This document shows, piece by piece, positions 47,990 through 57,214 of a DNA stretch of 64,000 nucleotides. Below the pieces are notes generated by a model. The model worked only from the letters and a program-made list of their open reading frames with translations, did no database searches and was not told the DNA's origin. The DNA lies in IMG/VR virus record IMGVR_UViG_3300035698_029580. One strand, written 5' to 3'. Each line of letters opens with the position of its first letter. Within the stretch, counting starts at the first letter, position 1. Origin of the DNA: a virus. Lineage: Duplodnaviria > Caudoviricetes. Position numbers and translations under genes: made by a program.

Positions 47990-49696
47990 ATGCAGATGAA
48001 ATTAATTGTTCAGGGAAAAGGAATAGTTGATCTAGATAAAAGATATTTTCTAGATTCAGGGGGAGAAGGAAATATTTACGCTCGTAAAGGAGTCGTTTAT
48101 AAGATTTATCATGAGCCTTCTAGATGTATACAATTTGCTAAGATGCAAGAACTTTCATTGATTACTGATCCTAATGTAATCATTCCAAATAATATGCTTC
48201 TTAATAGTCGTAATAAACCCATAGGTTATACAATGAAGCATGTTAAAAATACTTTTGCTCTTTGTCAACTTTTTACAAAATCGTTTCGTGATCGTAATCA
48301 GGTTACAAACGAACAAATTGCAAAAATTGTTTTACAAATGAGACAAATGGTACATCATATTCATTCAAATAAAATACTAATTGTTGATTTGAATGAAATG
48401 AATTGTTTGGTAAGCGATGATTTTAGAACTGCTTATTTCATTGATACAGATAGCTATCAAACTCCTTCTTTTCCTGCTACTGCTATTATGGAAACAATAA
48501 GAGATAGACATTCTGATAATTTTAGTGAAGAAACAGATTGGTTTGCCTTTGGTATTGTTAGTTTTCAATTGTGGATAGGTATCCACCCATATAAAGGAAA
48601 ACATGCTACCATCAAAACTTTAGATGATAGAATGAAAGCTAATATACCTGTTTTTCATAAAGATGTTAGTTTCCCCAAGGTTTGTCAACCATTTGATATC
48701 ATACCTCAGACATTTAAAGATTGGTATAAAGCAATTTTCTATGATGGCAAAAGATTGCCTCCCCCCAAGAATATGCAGGATATTATTGTTATTACTCCTG
48801 TTAGACAGGAAATTTCTGGAACAGATAATTTTGATATAATTGAAATATTGAAATTTGATAATGATGAATATGTAGTTGATTTTTTATCAGCAAATGGAGT
48901 AAGGTCTGTTCTCACTAATAAAGCAATCTATAAGGATTATAAATGGGTTAAAAATCAGAGAGACAAGCAATCTAAAATTTGTGTTACACCACAATATAAT
49001 AGATTAATAAAAGCATCTGTGGTAAATTATCAATTACATTTATATGATGAGACATTGCAAAAACCAATTGATTTTTTAGCACAAGTTGAAAAAATAATGA
49101 CATACCAAGGAAGATTATTTGCTAAATATGAAGACAAAATTTTGGAAATAGAGTTTATAGAATTACCTAATAAAACTCTTGCTGGAGCAAAAATTATTAC
49201 TTCAGTTATGGCTCAAGCCACAAAGTTCTATGAAGGTGTGGCTATTCAGAATATACTGGGTAGTTATGTTGCTGGTATTTTTGATAAGCCATTTAATTGT
49301 TATCAGATAAATTTGGACCAATTAAATGGATATAAAATTATTAATGCCAAATACAGTGATAATATTTTAATGGTAGTTGGACAGGTTCTTTTGGGAAAAA
49401 GGTCTGGAAAATATGATAAATTTATTTATTGTTTTTCTTCTAATTTTCAAGGTTGCACTACAAGGATTATAGAAGACGTTTCGTATTTGGGAGTTAATTT
49501 TGTAGTTTTAGAAAATGGAGTTGTTGTTCATATAAGTGATGATGAGCAAATAGAAATTTTTAGCAATAAAAAAGGGCATTCTTCTTTGAAAGTGATTAAC
49601 GATCCGGTAATAGGGGAAGATATGAAACTCTATAGAGATGAAGTAAAAGTTATTTTTGTTAAAGATAATAAGTTGTTTAGAATAAAAGTGAAGTAA
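47990..49696 (+). CDS. Ser/Thr protein kinase (TerY-P triad type) with a beta-rich C-terminal domain
   Basis: GGEGNIY, YKIY, VDLNEMN, IDTDSYQ, DWFA...HPYKG. Confidence 0.9.
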   Translation: MQMKLIVQGKGIVDLDKRYFLDSGGEGNIYARKGVVYKIYHEPSRCIQFAKMQELSLITDPNVIIPNNMLLNSRNKPIGYTMKHVKNTFALCQLFTKSFRDRNQVTNEQIAKIVLQMRQMVHHIHSNKILIVDLNEMNCLVSDDFRTAYFIDTDSYQTPSFPATAIMETIRDRHSDNFSEETDWFAFGIVSFQLWIGIHPYKGKHATIKTLDDRMKANIPVFHKDVSFPKVCQPFDIIPQTFKDWYKAIFYDGKRLPPPKNMQDIIVITPVRQEISGTDNFDIIEILKFDNDEYVVDFLSANGVRSVLTNKAIYKDYKWVKNQRDKQSKICVTPQYNRLIKASVVNYQLHLYDETLQKPIDFLAQVEKIMTYQGRLFAKYEDKILEIEFIELPNKTLAGAKIITSVMAQATKFYEGVAIQNILGSYVAGIFDKPFNCYQINLDQLNGYKIINAKYSDNILMVVGQVLLGKRSGKYDKFIYCFSSNFQGCTTRIIEDVSYLGVNFVVLENGVVVHISDDEQIEIFSNKKGHSSLKVINDPVIGEDMKLYRDEVKVIFVKDNKLFRIKVK

Positions 49697-49706
49697 GGAG
49701 AATATT

Positions 49707-49970
49707 ATGGAAAATCATGTACAATTAAACAAGGATAGATATAAAATGACACCCGAACAGCGTGATTATTTGGAGCGGGCGGCGAAGATGGGGACGTTTA
49801 TGCTAGACCAACCAGGGAGTATATGGATTGGAGCAGCACTACGCGACGAGCTTGGTTACATCAAGGATCAAACGATAGTTGAATGGTCTCCGGGGGGGCA
49901 CCAGTACCGCCTTACCCCTGCAGGTCGTATAGCATTGGAAAACGAGACAGAAAGTGAAAAGGACAATTAA
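49707..49970 (+). CDS. small winged-helix-like hypothetical protein with higher GC
   Basis: L...GYI...YRLTPAGR; AAGGAG RBS. Confidence 0.65.
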   Translation: MENHVQLNKDRYKMTPEQRDYLERAAKMGTFMLDQPGSIWIGAALRDELGYIKDQTIVEWSPGGHQYRLTPAGRIALENETESEKDN

Positions 49971-49971
49971 A

Positions 49972-51021
49972 ATGAAAATATTAGAAAATTCAACTATTAA
50001 AAGAGTAAAAAGTGAAAAGTATAATTATATTTTTTCTAAAAAAACTGGTTCTTTTTTAAGATGGGGAAAAACTTTAGAAGATGATCCTGAGATGTCTCCT
50101 GCAGGTCCAGAACTCGCGGATATTGAAATAACTACAATATGTCATGGAGTAAAAGGTAAACTTTGTGATTGTTGTTATAAAGCAAATAATCCAAATGGCA
50201 AGAATATGAGTTTTGAAACATTTAAAAAATTATTTCATTCTTTGCCCAAAAATCTTACTCAAATTGCGTTCGGATCTGGATCCTCAGCTATGGAAAATCC
50301 TGATTTATTTAAAATGATGGCTTATTGTCGGGAAAATGATTATAATTATGTTGTTCCTAATATAACTGTTTCTGATATTACTGAAGAAACTGCCAAAAAA
50401 CTAGCAAAGATTTGTGGTGCAGTTGCCGTCAGTAAATATGATGATAAAAATGTTTGTTATGATATAGTTAAGATGTTGACTGACAATGGGTTATCACAAA
50501 CAAATATTCATATTTGTATTTGTGAAGAAAATTATGAACAGACTTTAGAGGCATGTAAGGATTATTTAACTGATCCTCGATTAAAAAAACTTAAATCCTT
50601 TGTATTTCTCTCTCTCAAGCAAAAAGGAAGAGGAATAAAACTTACACCTTTAAGTATGGAAAAATTTAAGGAATTGGTGAATTTTTGTATTGACAATAAT
50701 GTTCCAATAGGTTTTGATTCATGTTCAGCTATGAAGTTTCTTTCTTCAGTGAAAAATCATGAAAAATTTGATCAATTTGAAATGTGTAGCGAGCCGTGTG
50801 AATCTTCGATTTTTTCGGCGTATTTTAACGTCGATGCCGAATTTTTTCCTTGTAGTTTTACTGAAGGCACTTCTGGGTGGGAAGAAGGTTTGCCTGTTAA
50901 TGGTGATTTTATAAATGATATTTGGCAGCATCCCAAAACAATAGAATTTAGAAATAAATTATTAAAAACAATTGATAATAATTCGTTTGGATGTAGAGAG
51001 TGTCCTATTTTTAAAATTTGA
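49972..51021 (+). CDS. radical SAM enzyme with SPASM/twitch domain
   Basis: DIEITTIC-x7-C-DC-CY (CX7CX2C variant); C-terminal CES...FFPCSF...W....FR...CRECP. Confidence 0.88.
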   Translation: MKILENSTIKRVKSEKYNYIFSKKTGSFLRWGKTLEDDPEMSPAGPELADIEITTICHGVKGKLCDCCYKANNPNGKNMSFETFKKLFHSLPKNLTQIAFGSGSSAMENPDLFKMMAYCRENDYNYVVPNITVSDITEETAKKLAKICGAVAVSKYDDKNVCYDIVKMLTDNGLSQTNIHICICEENYEQTLEACKDYLTDPRLKKLKSFVFLSLKQKGRGIKLTPLSMEKFKELVNFCIDNNVPIGFDSCSAMKFLSSVKNHEKFDQFEMCSEPCESSIFSAYFNVDAEFFPCSFTEGTSGWEEGLPVNGDFINDIWQHPKTIEFRNKLLKTIDNNSFGCRECPIFKI

Positions 51022-51031
51022 GGTAATAATT

Positions 51032-51136
51032 ATGAAAATTAGAAATGGTTTTGTATCTAATAGTAGTTCTACTGCATTTGTTATAGAGAATCGAACAAAT
51101 GACACAAAATATCTACTAAATTTTGTGAGGCATTGA
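51032..51136 (+). CDS. 34-aa GFVSNSS-leader peptide #1, below the ORF-track cutoff
   Basis: MKIRNGFVSNSSSTAFVIENRTNDTKYLLNFVRH*; GAGG RBS. Confidence 0.7.
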   Translation: MKIRNGFVSNSSSTAFVIENRTNDTKYLLNFVRH

Positions 51137-51146
51137 GGTAAATTAA

Positions 51147-51380
51147 ATGTGTGAAACATGGTATAAAAGTTATTGCTCTAAATGTAATACTATTAATTGG
51201 ATTTGCAATGGAGACACATCAGATTTATCAGGTGTAGACATTGATGGATATAAATGCTGGAAATGTGGAAATATAAAATATTTTGGAGATGAAGAACAAT
51301 ATGAAATTGAGAGAAATATTAATGAGTGGACAAATAAAGAAGATATTTATTGGGAGTTAGGATTAGAATTTCCAAAGTAA
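51147..51380 (+). CDS. Zn-ribbon protein, paralog of 38113-38352
   Basis: WYKSYCSKCNTINW...CWKC. Confidence 0.75.
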   Translation: MCETWYKSYCSKCNTINWICNGDTSDLSGVDIDGYKCWKCGNIKYFGDEEQYEIERNINEWTNKEDIYWELGLEFPK

Positions 51381-51392
51381 AAAGGAATAATC

Positions 51393-51740
51393 ATGAAAAT
51401 TAGAAATGGTTTCGTATCAAATAGTAGTTCTACCGCATTTATTATTACTAATGATTCTCGAGAAGTAAAAACTCTTGTAGATTTTGTTACAGAAAACCCT
51501 CAATTAATAGAAAAGTTTAAAGAACAATATGGGTGGGATAAAGATGATGATCGTTTTTCTCAAGGAAATTTAATAGTTTCTGCAGAGGAAAATAATATAG
51601 AATTTCCTCCTGGGGAAAATAAATATTGTGTTTTTGGAGATGAACAAGACACTCTTATTGGTCAGGTATTTGATTATATTTTACGAGATGGTGGAAATTC
51701 TGAAAGTTTTGGTTGGAGATTTTGTGAATATTTGAGGTGA
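51393..51740 (+). CDS. GFVSNSS-leader protein #2
   Basis: starts MKIRNGFVSNSSSTAFII. Confidence 0.85.
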   Translation: MKIRNGFVSNSSSTAFIITNDSREVKTLVDFVTENPQLIEKFKEQYGWDKDDDRFSQGNLIVSAEENNIEFPPGENKYCVFGDEQDTLIGQVFDYILRDGGNSESFGWRFCEYLR

Positions 51741-51744
51741 TATT

Positions 51745-52113
51745 ATGAAAATCAGAAATGGATTTGTTTCAAATAGTAGTTCTTCTAGTTTTATGATTAG
51801 TAAATCTGTTCTTTCTCAAGAACAGATAAGTGCTATTCATAACCATATGAATTATGCAAAAAATAATTTTCCAAATATGGTTGATAAATATTCTGGGAAA
51901 AATCAATATATTTGGTCATGGAATATTTTAGAAAATGATGAGCATATGTTTGGATTTGTTGATATGAATAACTTTGATATGAGGTATTTTTTAGAAAAAA
52001 TTGACATACTCGATAAGGATATTATTCTTAAGAGAGTATATGGCAATACATACGGAATGTCTTATCACGAAAAGATAAGTTTTATTACCAAAGAACTAAA
52101 AAAAGTTGATTAA
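51745..52113 (+). CDS. GFVSNSS-leader protein #3
   Basis: starts MKIRNGFVSNSSSSSFMI; body paralogous to #6. Confidence 0.85.
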   Translation: MKIRNGFVSNSSSSSFMISKSVLSQEQISAIHNHMNYAKNNFPNMVDKYSGKNQYIWSWNILENDEHMFGFVDMNNFDMRYFLEKIDILDKDIILKRVYGNTYGMSYHEKISFITKELKKVD

Positions 52114-52143
52114 CAATTATTTTAAATATTAGAAAGTGAAAAA

Positions 52144-52794
52144 ATGTTTAAAAAGATAAAATTATTACTAGTAATTTTTTTATTTTCTCTTCCTTCTATG
52201 GCTCTTACTGTTTCTGATGGACAATATTTTGAGACATTAGAATTCTACAACAATGATGTTGTTGACGTTTTAGGGGGAACAATAGACAACTTGACCCTCT
52301 ATGAACAAAGTCTTGCTAATGTAATAAATACAGAAGGAGATTTTCTTTCTGATGGAGCTATATGGGAAATAAATGCTTTTGATAATTCTCACATAAGTTT
52401 ATCAGGTGGCAATATTTATGAGATGAATTTATATGGGGATAGCATTACTGATGTTATAGGTGGCAGAGTAACCCTTCTAAATGTAAGTGGAAATGCAGAA
52501 TTATATTTATCTGCAGGATTATACAGAGGAACAGTGTTGGATTTAAAAGACGACACAGCACAAATTCACATGTATTGTACAGATTATAGTTTTAATCAAT
52601 TATTCCAACAGTTTAGTTTATCAGGAACATGGTCTAATGGAGATAGATTTTATATAGGTGTTGATAATGATACTTATAATAATATAAATTTTCACGTTAT
52701 AGAAAGCAATGATATTCCAGAGCCCATTATATTGTGTTTTCTTATTTTAGGAATTATAACAATTTTACAAATGGATAAATATCATGAAATTTAG
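52144..52794 (+). CDS. PEP-CTERM sorting-domain protein
   Basis: signal peptide, repeated xxSGG beta motifs, C-terminal IPEP plus TM helix. Confidence 0.8.
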   Translation: MFKKIKLLLVIFLFSLPSMALTVSDGQYFETLEFYNNDVVDVLGGTIDNLTLYEQSLANVINTEGDFLSDGAIWEINAFDNSHISLSGGNIYEMNLYGDSITDVIGGRVTLLNVSGNAELYLSAGLYRGTVLDLKDDTAQIHMYCTDYSFNQLFQQFSLSGTWSNGDRFYIGVDNDTYNNINFHVIESNDIPEPIILCFLILGIITILQMDKYHEI

Positions 52795-53161
52795 AAATGG
52801 ATTTGTATCAAATAGTAGTTCTAGTAGTTTTCTTATAGTTGGAGTTGAAGACGAAAATTTAGTGGAAAAATTAAAAGCTGCTTCTTGTGGAGATATGTCA
52901 GAACGATATGTGGAATCAGATGGTAGTATACGTTATGAGACTATGGAACATGGAGTAATACATGCGGGATTGATCAATTTTTATGGAAGTTATATTCTTG
53001 AAGATTGTTATTTATCTGGAATGCCCATAGAAGATTTATTGGAAACAATGAATTTAGCAGAAATTAGGTTGCGTTTTCAAAAATGTGTTAAAGAAAAATA
53101 CAATATAAATATAGATATGTCTGAAATATGTCTACATTATGGCGAAGTGTCTGATGAATAA
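52784..53161 (+). CDS. GFVSNSS-leader protein #4
   Basis: starts MKFRNGFVSNSSSSSFLIVG. Confidence 0.85.
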   Translation: MKFRNGFVSNSSSSSFLIVGVEDENLVEKLKAASCGDMSERYVESDGSIRYETMEHGVIHAGLINFYGSYILEDCYLSGMPIEDLLETMNLAEIRLRFQKCVKEKYNINIDMSEICLHYGEVSDE

Positions 53162-53181
53162 TTATTTAATAGGAGAAAAAA

Positions 53182-53640
53182 ATGAAAATTAGAAATGGTT
53201 TTGTAAGTAATAGTAGTTCTTCTTCCTTTGTTATTATTGGTCATCAAATAAAAATGGGAGGTAATTATGAAAAAATTTGTCGTATTTTTTTACCAGAAGA
53301 TTTTATTGAAAAAGAAATGGATAGTTGGGATTATAATAAAATGGAGGATAAGCATCAGAAAGAAAATTTTTGGGCAGAGATTTTTTATGAGAATTTAAGT
53401 GATATAAAAAATGAATTTGTGTGCTATTCATCATATAGTATACTCGGACATAGTGAAGATTGGGAGTTTTTTGGAAAACTATTATATTATAAATATGACG
53501 ATCCAGGAATTTATGATGATATTGAAGTGAAGGCTCCTCTTTCTGAAATTATTGAGGGCATAAGAAAAGAAGTTGAGAGATTGGGAATGCAAGACCAAGT
53601 AAGTGAAATAATGATTTATAGTGGAGTTAAATCAGATTAA
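53182..53640 (+). CDS. GFVSNSS-leader protein #5
   Basis: starts MKIRNGFVSNSSSSSFVIIG. Confidence 0.85.
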   Translation: MKIRNGFVSNSSSSSFVIIGHQIKMGGNYEKICRIFLPEDFIEKEMDSWDYNKMEDKHQKENFWAEIFYENLSDIKNEFVCYSSYSILGHSEDWEFFGKLLYYKYDDPGIYDDIEVKAPLSEIIEGIRKEVERLGMQDQVSEIMIYSGVKSD

Positions 53641-53641
53641 A

Positions 53642-53935
53642 ATGAAAATTAGAAATGGTTTTGTTTCAAATAGCAGTTCTTCTAGTTTTGTTATTAAAAA
53701 ATATGTTTTAAGTAAAAAACAAATAGATGCTATTTATGATCATATAAATTATGCAAAAAATAATTTTTCAGAAATGGAAGAAACAAGTGATTTAAATGAT
53801 GGATCTGCATGGGTAATAGTAGAAGGTGAAAAAAAAATATATTGCAGCACATTTATGAATAATTTTGATTTACATGAGTTTTTAATAAAAATAGGTGTTG
53901 ATGATAAAGATATTCGTGACTTGGAAGTGTTTTAA
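53642..53935 (+). CDS. GFVSNSS-leader protein #6 (start corrected)
   Basis: starts MKIRNGFVSNSSSSSFVIK. Confidence 0.85.
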   Translation: MKIRNGFVSNSSSSSFVIKKYVLSKKQIDAIYDHINYAKNNFSEMEETSDLNDGSAWVIVEGEKKIYCSTFMNNFDLHEFLIKIGVDDKDIRDLEVF

Positions 53936-53951
53936 TCTAAAGGAGAAATCA

Positions 53952-54299
53952 ATGAAATTTAGACAAGGTTTTGTATTAAATAGTGGTACAACTAGGGTTG
54001 ATGTTTATGGGACTATTATAAAGGCTGAAGATATGGAAGAAATTCTTGTAAAAAAAAATATTGTACAAAAAAATTCTGAAGGTGATCGTGATATATATGA
54101 TTTTCTTAATGACTTAACAGAAAAAGAAAAAATAGTTTGGGATCATCAAGAAGAACCTGAGGGAGAATATTATATTGGATTAAAAATAACAGAAATGGAA
54201 GACAATGAAACTCTTGACCAATTTAAAAAACGAATAGGAAACAAAATAGAAGAAATATTCGGTGAAAAATTATATGTTGAATTAATTCTTTCCACTTAA
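53952..54299 (+). CDS. GFVSNSS-leader protein #7 with a degenerate leader (start corrected)
   Basis: starts MKFRQGFVLNSGTTRV; AAGGAG RBS; body paralogous to #8 and #9. Confidence 0.85.
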   Translation: MKFRQGFVLNSGTTRVDVYGTIIKAEDMEEILVKKNIVQKNSEGDRDIYDFLNDLTEKEKIVWDHQEEPEGEYYIGLKITEMEDNETLDQFKKRIGNKIEEIFGEKLYVELILST

Positions 54300-54321
54300 T
54301 CATTGTTAAAGGAGATTTAAA

Positions 54322-54690
54322 ATGAAATTTAGACAAGGATTTGTATCAAACAGTAGTACCACGAGCTTTTGTATTTGTGGAATTAGTACAAATGAAGAAC
54401 AGTTAGAAGATTGGTTAAAAGATAAAGTTTCCGAAGAGGAGAAAGAAGAAGATGATTATGAGGTATATGATATAGTCGAAGAACTTTGTGACAAAGAAGG
54501 TCTTTCAGTGCATGCGGAACCCGATAGTTATTATTCTTATTGGATAGGACTTGATATACAAAAATTGGATGATAATGAAACGTTGAAAGATTTTAAAAAC
54601 AAAACAAAAGAAAAACTTAAAAAAATATTTGGAGATAATATTGATAAAAAAATCATTAATATTATTGAAAAAGCTTGGCATGATGGTTAA
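54322..54690 (+). CDS. GFVSNSS-leader protein #8
   Basis: starts MKFRQGFVSNSSTTSFCICGI. Confidence 0.85.
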   Translation: MKFRQGFVSNSSTTSFCICGISTNEEQLEDWLKDKVSEEEKEEDDYEVYDIVEELCDKEGLSVHAEPDSYYSYWIGLDIQKLDDNETLKDFKNKTKEKLKKIFGDNIDKKIINIIEKAWHDG

Positions 54691-54720
54691 AACATATGAT
54701 ATTCTTTAAAGGAGAAATTA

Positions 54721-55071
54721 ATGAAATTTAGACAAGGTTTTGTATCAAACAGTAGTACCACGAGCTTTTGTATTTGTGGAATTTGTCTAGATAGAAAAAA
54801 TATGGAAGAATTAATAGAAGAAAAAAATGTTGATGGAAAAGATATAAATGAGAGATTGTTGGAAAAACTTTGTAAGGCAGAGGGACTTGCCAGTATTGCT
54901 GATCCAGAAGATGAGTATTATTATATTGGAATTAATGTAGAAGATATGGATGAGGATAAGACAATAAGAGATGTTAAAAAAGAAGCAAAGGAAAAAATAA
55001 AAAAATTGTTCGGAGATAATGCTGATAAACATAATGTTAGAGTCATTACTGATGGTTGGTATAATGGTTGA
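54721..55071 (+). CDS. GFVSNSS-leader protein #9
   Basis: starts MKFRQGFVSNSSTTSFCICGI. Confidence 0.85.
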   Translation: MKFRQGFVSNSSTTSFCICGICLDRKNMEELIEEKNVDGKDINERLLEKLCKAEGLASIADPEDEYYYIGINVEDMDEDKTIRDVKKEAKEKIKKLFGDNADKHNVRVITDGWYNG

Positions 55072-55121
55072 TTGTAAGAGTTTTAACTAAGTATTTTATT
55101 TATTTTTGAAAAGGAAAAGTT

Positions 55122-55817
55122 ATGAGTGGAAAAGTGCAAGTTCATCATTTAATTATTTTGGACAAAAGTAGTTCAATGCTAGAAGTTTGTAGTGAAACTA
55201 TTGATGGATGTAATAAACAATTTGATGTAATTCGTAAAATGTCAGAAGAAAATCCAGAACAAGAACATTTTGTTTCTATGGTCATATTTAGCTATTCTCA
55301 TAAAATAGATATGGAAACAATATGGATGAAAAAATCAGATGAAGTGGAAAATATTAATGAAGAAAGTTATGTTCCTCAGGGATACACGGCTTTATTTGAT
55401 GCCATAGGTAAAGGCGTGACAAAACTACAAACAGAAATACAGGAACAATTAAATAATAGAGGTGCTAGAGTTGTTGTTACAATATTGACAGATGGTTATG
55501 AAAATAATTCTCAAGAATTTACTGGTAAGAAGATTAAATCTTTAATAGATGAACATCAAAAAGGTGGTTTATGGACAATTACGATGGCTGGATGTACTGA
55601 TGATGTATTCAATGTAGCAGATAATCTTAATATTTGCAGAGGAAATGTTCTTAAATATGATATGGGAGCAGTAGGAACTACTAATGCTTTTGCTAAAATG
55701 GCAAAGAGTCGTTGCATGTATTGTTCTTCCATAGGGACAGATGTAGAATTAAAAGCGACATCAAGTTATTATTCTCAAGATGAAGAAAAGAAAGATGAAG
55801 AAAAGAAAGATGATTAA
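55122..55817 (+). CDS. von Willebrand factor A domain protein
   Basis: DKSSS MIDAS, GYTALFDAIG, ILTDGYENNSQE. Confidence 0.9.
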   Translation: MSGKVQVHHLIILDKSSSMLEVCSETIDGCNKQFDVIRKMSEENPEQEHFVSMVIFSYSHKIDMETIWMKKSDEVENINEESYVPQGYTALFDAIGKGVTKLQTEIQEQLNNRGARVVVTILTDGYENNSQEFTGKKIKSLIDEHQKGGLWTITMAGCTDDVFNVADNLNICRGNVLKYDMGAVGTTNAFAKMAKSRCMYCSSIGTDVELKATSSYYSQDEEKKDEEKKDD

Positions 55818-56074
55818 AATTTTCTAATTGGACATCTAAAGTGGGGGTCCTGGAATATAATTTCTAGGACCTTTCCACTTTTTTTACATCTTTTTTTAAC
55901 TGTTTTTTGTGGAGGTCTAGTTGTTTTTGTCATAAAGTAGATTTTATCAACATGAGGACAACTTTTACATATTTTTGGTCTAATATCTAGAAGTTTAATT
56001 CTTTTGTCTTTTAGTATTGGTTTAGCACTTTTATTTTTTATTGCAGAAGCTCTTTTTCCACAGCCACATCCCAT
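55814..56074 (-). CDS. small basic Cys-rich protein
   Basis: MGCGCGK...CKSCP...C...CP. Confidence 0.7.
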   Translation of the reverse strand: MGCGCGKRASAIKNKSAKPILKDKRIKLLDIRPKICKSCPHVDKIYFMTKTTRPPQKTVKKRCKKSGKVLEIIFQDPHFRCPIRKF

Positions 56075-56850
56075 TATCTAACTCCTCTCATTTTTTGGAT
56101 TAGGTTATTTCTTCTAATTCTTCCTACTTGATGATACCATTTTGAATCTACCATTTCATCGGCAGCTTTTTGGAAATCTCTTCTTATTAAAGCTTGTCTA
56201 AATCTTTTAAACTGTCTTAATCTATTTGGTCCCATAGCAAATGCCATATCAATAATAACTTGTTGAACAGCATCATCATATGTTTCAAAATTGGGTAAAA
56301 AAGAATGTGCTATATCGGAGGCTTCGAAAAAGGTATATTCAAATAATTTATTTATTTGTTCGTCTGTAAGACCAACTTTTCCATTAATAATGTCATTATA
56401 ATTTAGTCCAAAACTTTCTATTTTTTGTTTAGCATCTGGTCTATTTAACATATATCCTATTCCTATTGTTTTGTTTCCTAATGGACCGGGATATACAAAA
56501 TTTCTTCTTCCCTCATGCTGAGATATCATATCTCTAGTTTTTTGAATAAAATTATTTTGATCTGTATTTTTTCTTTCTACGGAAGTTCCTTGGGGATTTT
56601 CTTGTGTTGCAGGAATATTTTGTTGTGTTATTTCTTGTGTTTGTTGAGGGGTTGTATTTTCTTGTTTTTTTATTTCTTGGACACCTTGTATTACTGTTTG
56701 GGGAGATTGTTTAAAAAGATCTTTAACTTCTAGAATTCCTATTCCCCATAGACCTGCCAAACCTAATAAAGCTGTTAGTCCAGTCATTTGAACAAATCTA
56801 TTCCATCTAAACTCTTCTTCTGCTATTTTTGTTTGATTGTACCAATTCAT
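56074..56850 (-). CDS. T4-type lysozyme (GH24) with MNWY tag and N-terminal hydrophobic segment
   Basis: HEG...Y...G..TIGIG, DMAF.MG, AADEMVDSKWYHQVG. Confidence 0.85.
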   Translation of the reverse strand: MNWYNQTKIAEEEFRWNRFVQMTGLTALLGLAGLWGIGILEVKDLFKQSPQTVIQGVQEIKKQENTTPQQTQEITQQNIPATQENPQGTSVERKNTDQNNFIQKTRDMISQHEGRRNFVYPGPLGNKTIGIGYMLNRPDAKQKIESFGLNYNDIINGKVGLTDEQINKLFEYTFFEASDIAHSFLPNFETYDDAVQQVIIDMAFAMGPNRLRQFKRFRQALIRRDFQKAADEMVDSKWYHQVGRIRRNNLIQKMRGVR

Positions 56851-56851
56851 A

Positions 56852-57214
56852 TTAAATTGTTGTTTCTCCTATATATCCACCTTCGGCAGAAAAAGTTATT
56901 ATTTTAATATTATTCCCAAATTCTTTTTTTAATTTATTAATAATAACATTGGGAATATCCCAATACCATTCATAAGGAGTCATAATGGATACCTCCATAG
57001 TGTTCGGATCATATCTACCTCGGAATTTTTTTTCGAATGCTTTTTCTAAGCCTCCTTCCATCATATTTCCATGTCCTTCAATATACCATCCTTCTTCGAC
57101 TTTAAAATTACTACCATCGGGATTACTCATCCATAACATATTTTCATTACCAGAGCCAACTCCAGAATGCCCTATATCTCCGTAATTTTTTTGTGCTAAT
57201 TTATACCAATTCAT
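56852..57214 (-). CDS. MNWY-tagged protein (Y..IGH...GRYD family; start corrected)
   Basis: starts MNWYKLAQ; paralog of 60122 and 60498. Confidence 0.8.
   Translation of the reverse strand: MNWYKLAQKNYGDIGHSGVGSGNENMLWMSNPDGSNFKVEEGWYIEGHGNMMEGGLEKAFEKKFRGRYDPNTMEVSIMTPYEWYWDIPNVIINKLKKEFGNNIKIITFSAEGGYIGETTI

Noticed and set aside
51032-55071. Diversity-generating retroelement or DNA-level repeat explanation for the shared leaders
   Set aside because: No reverse transcriptase is present, and the variation is at synonymous positions rather than adenine-specific.
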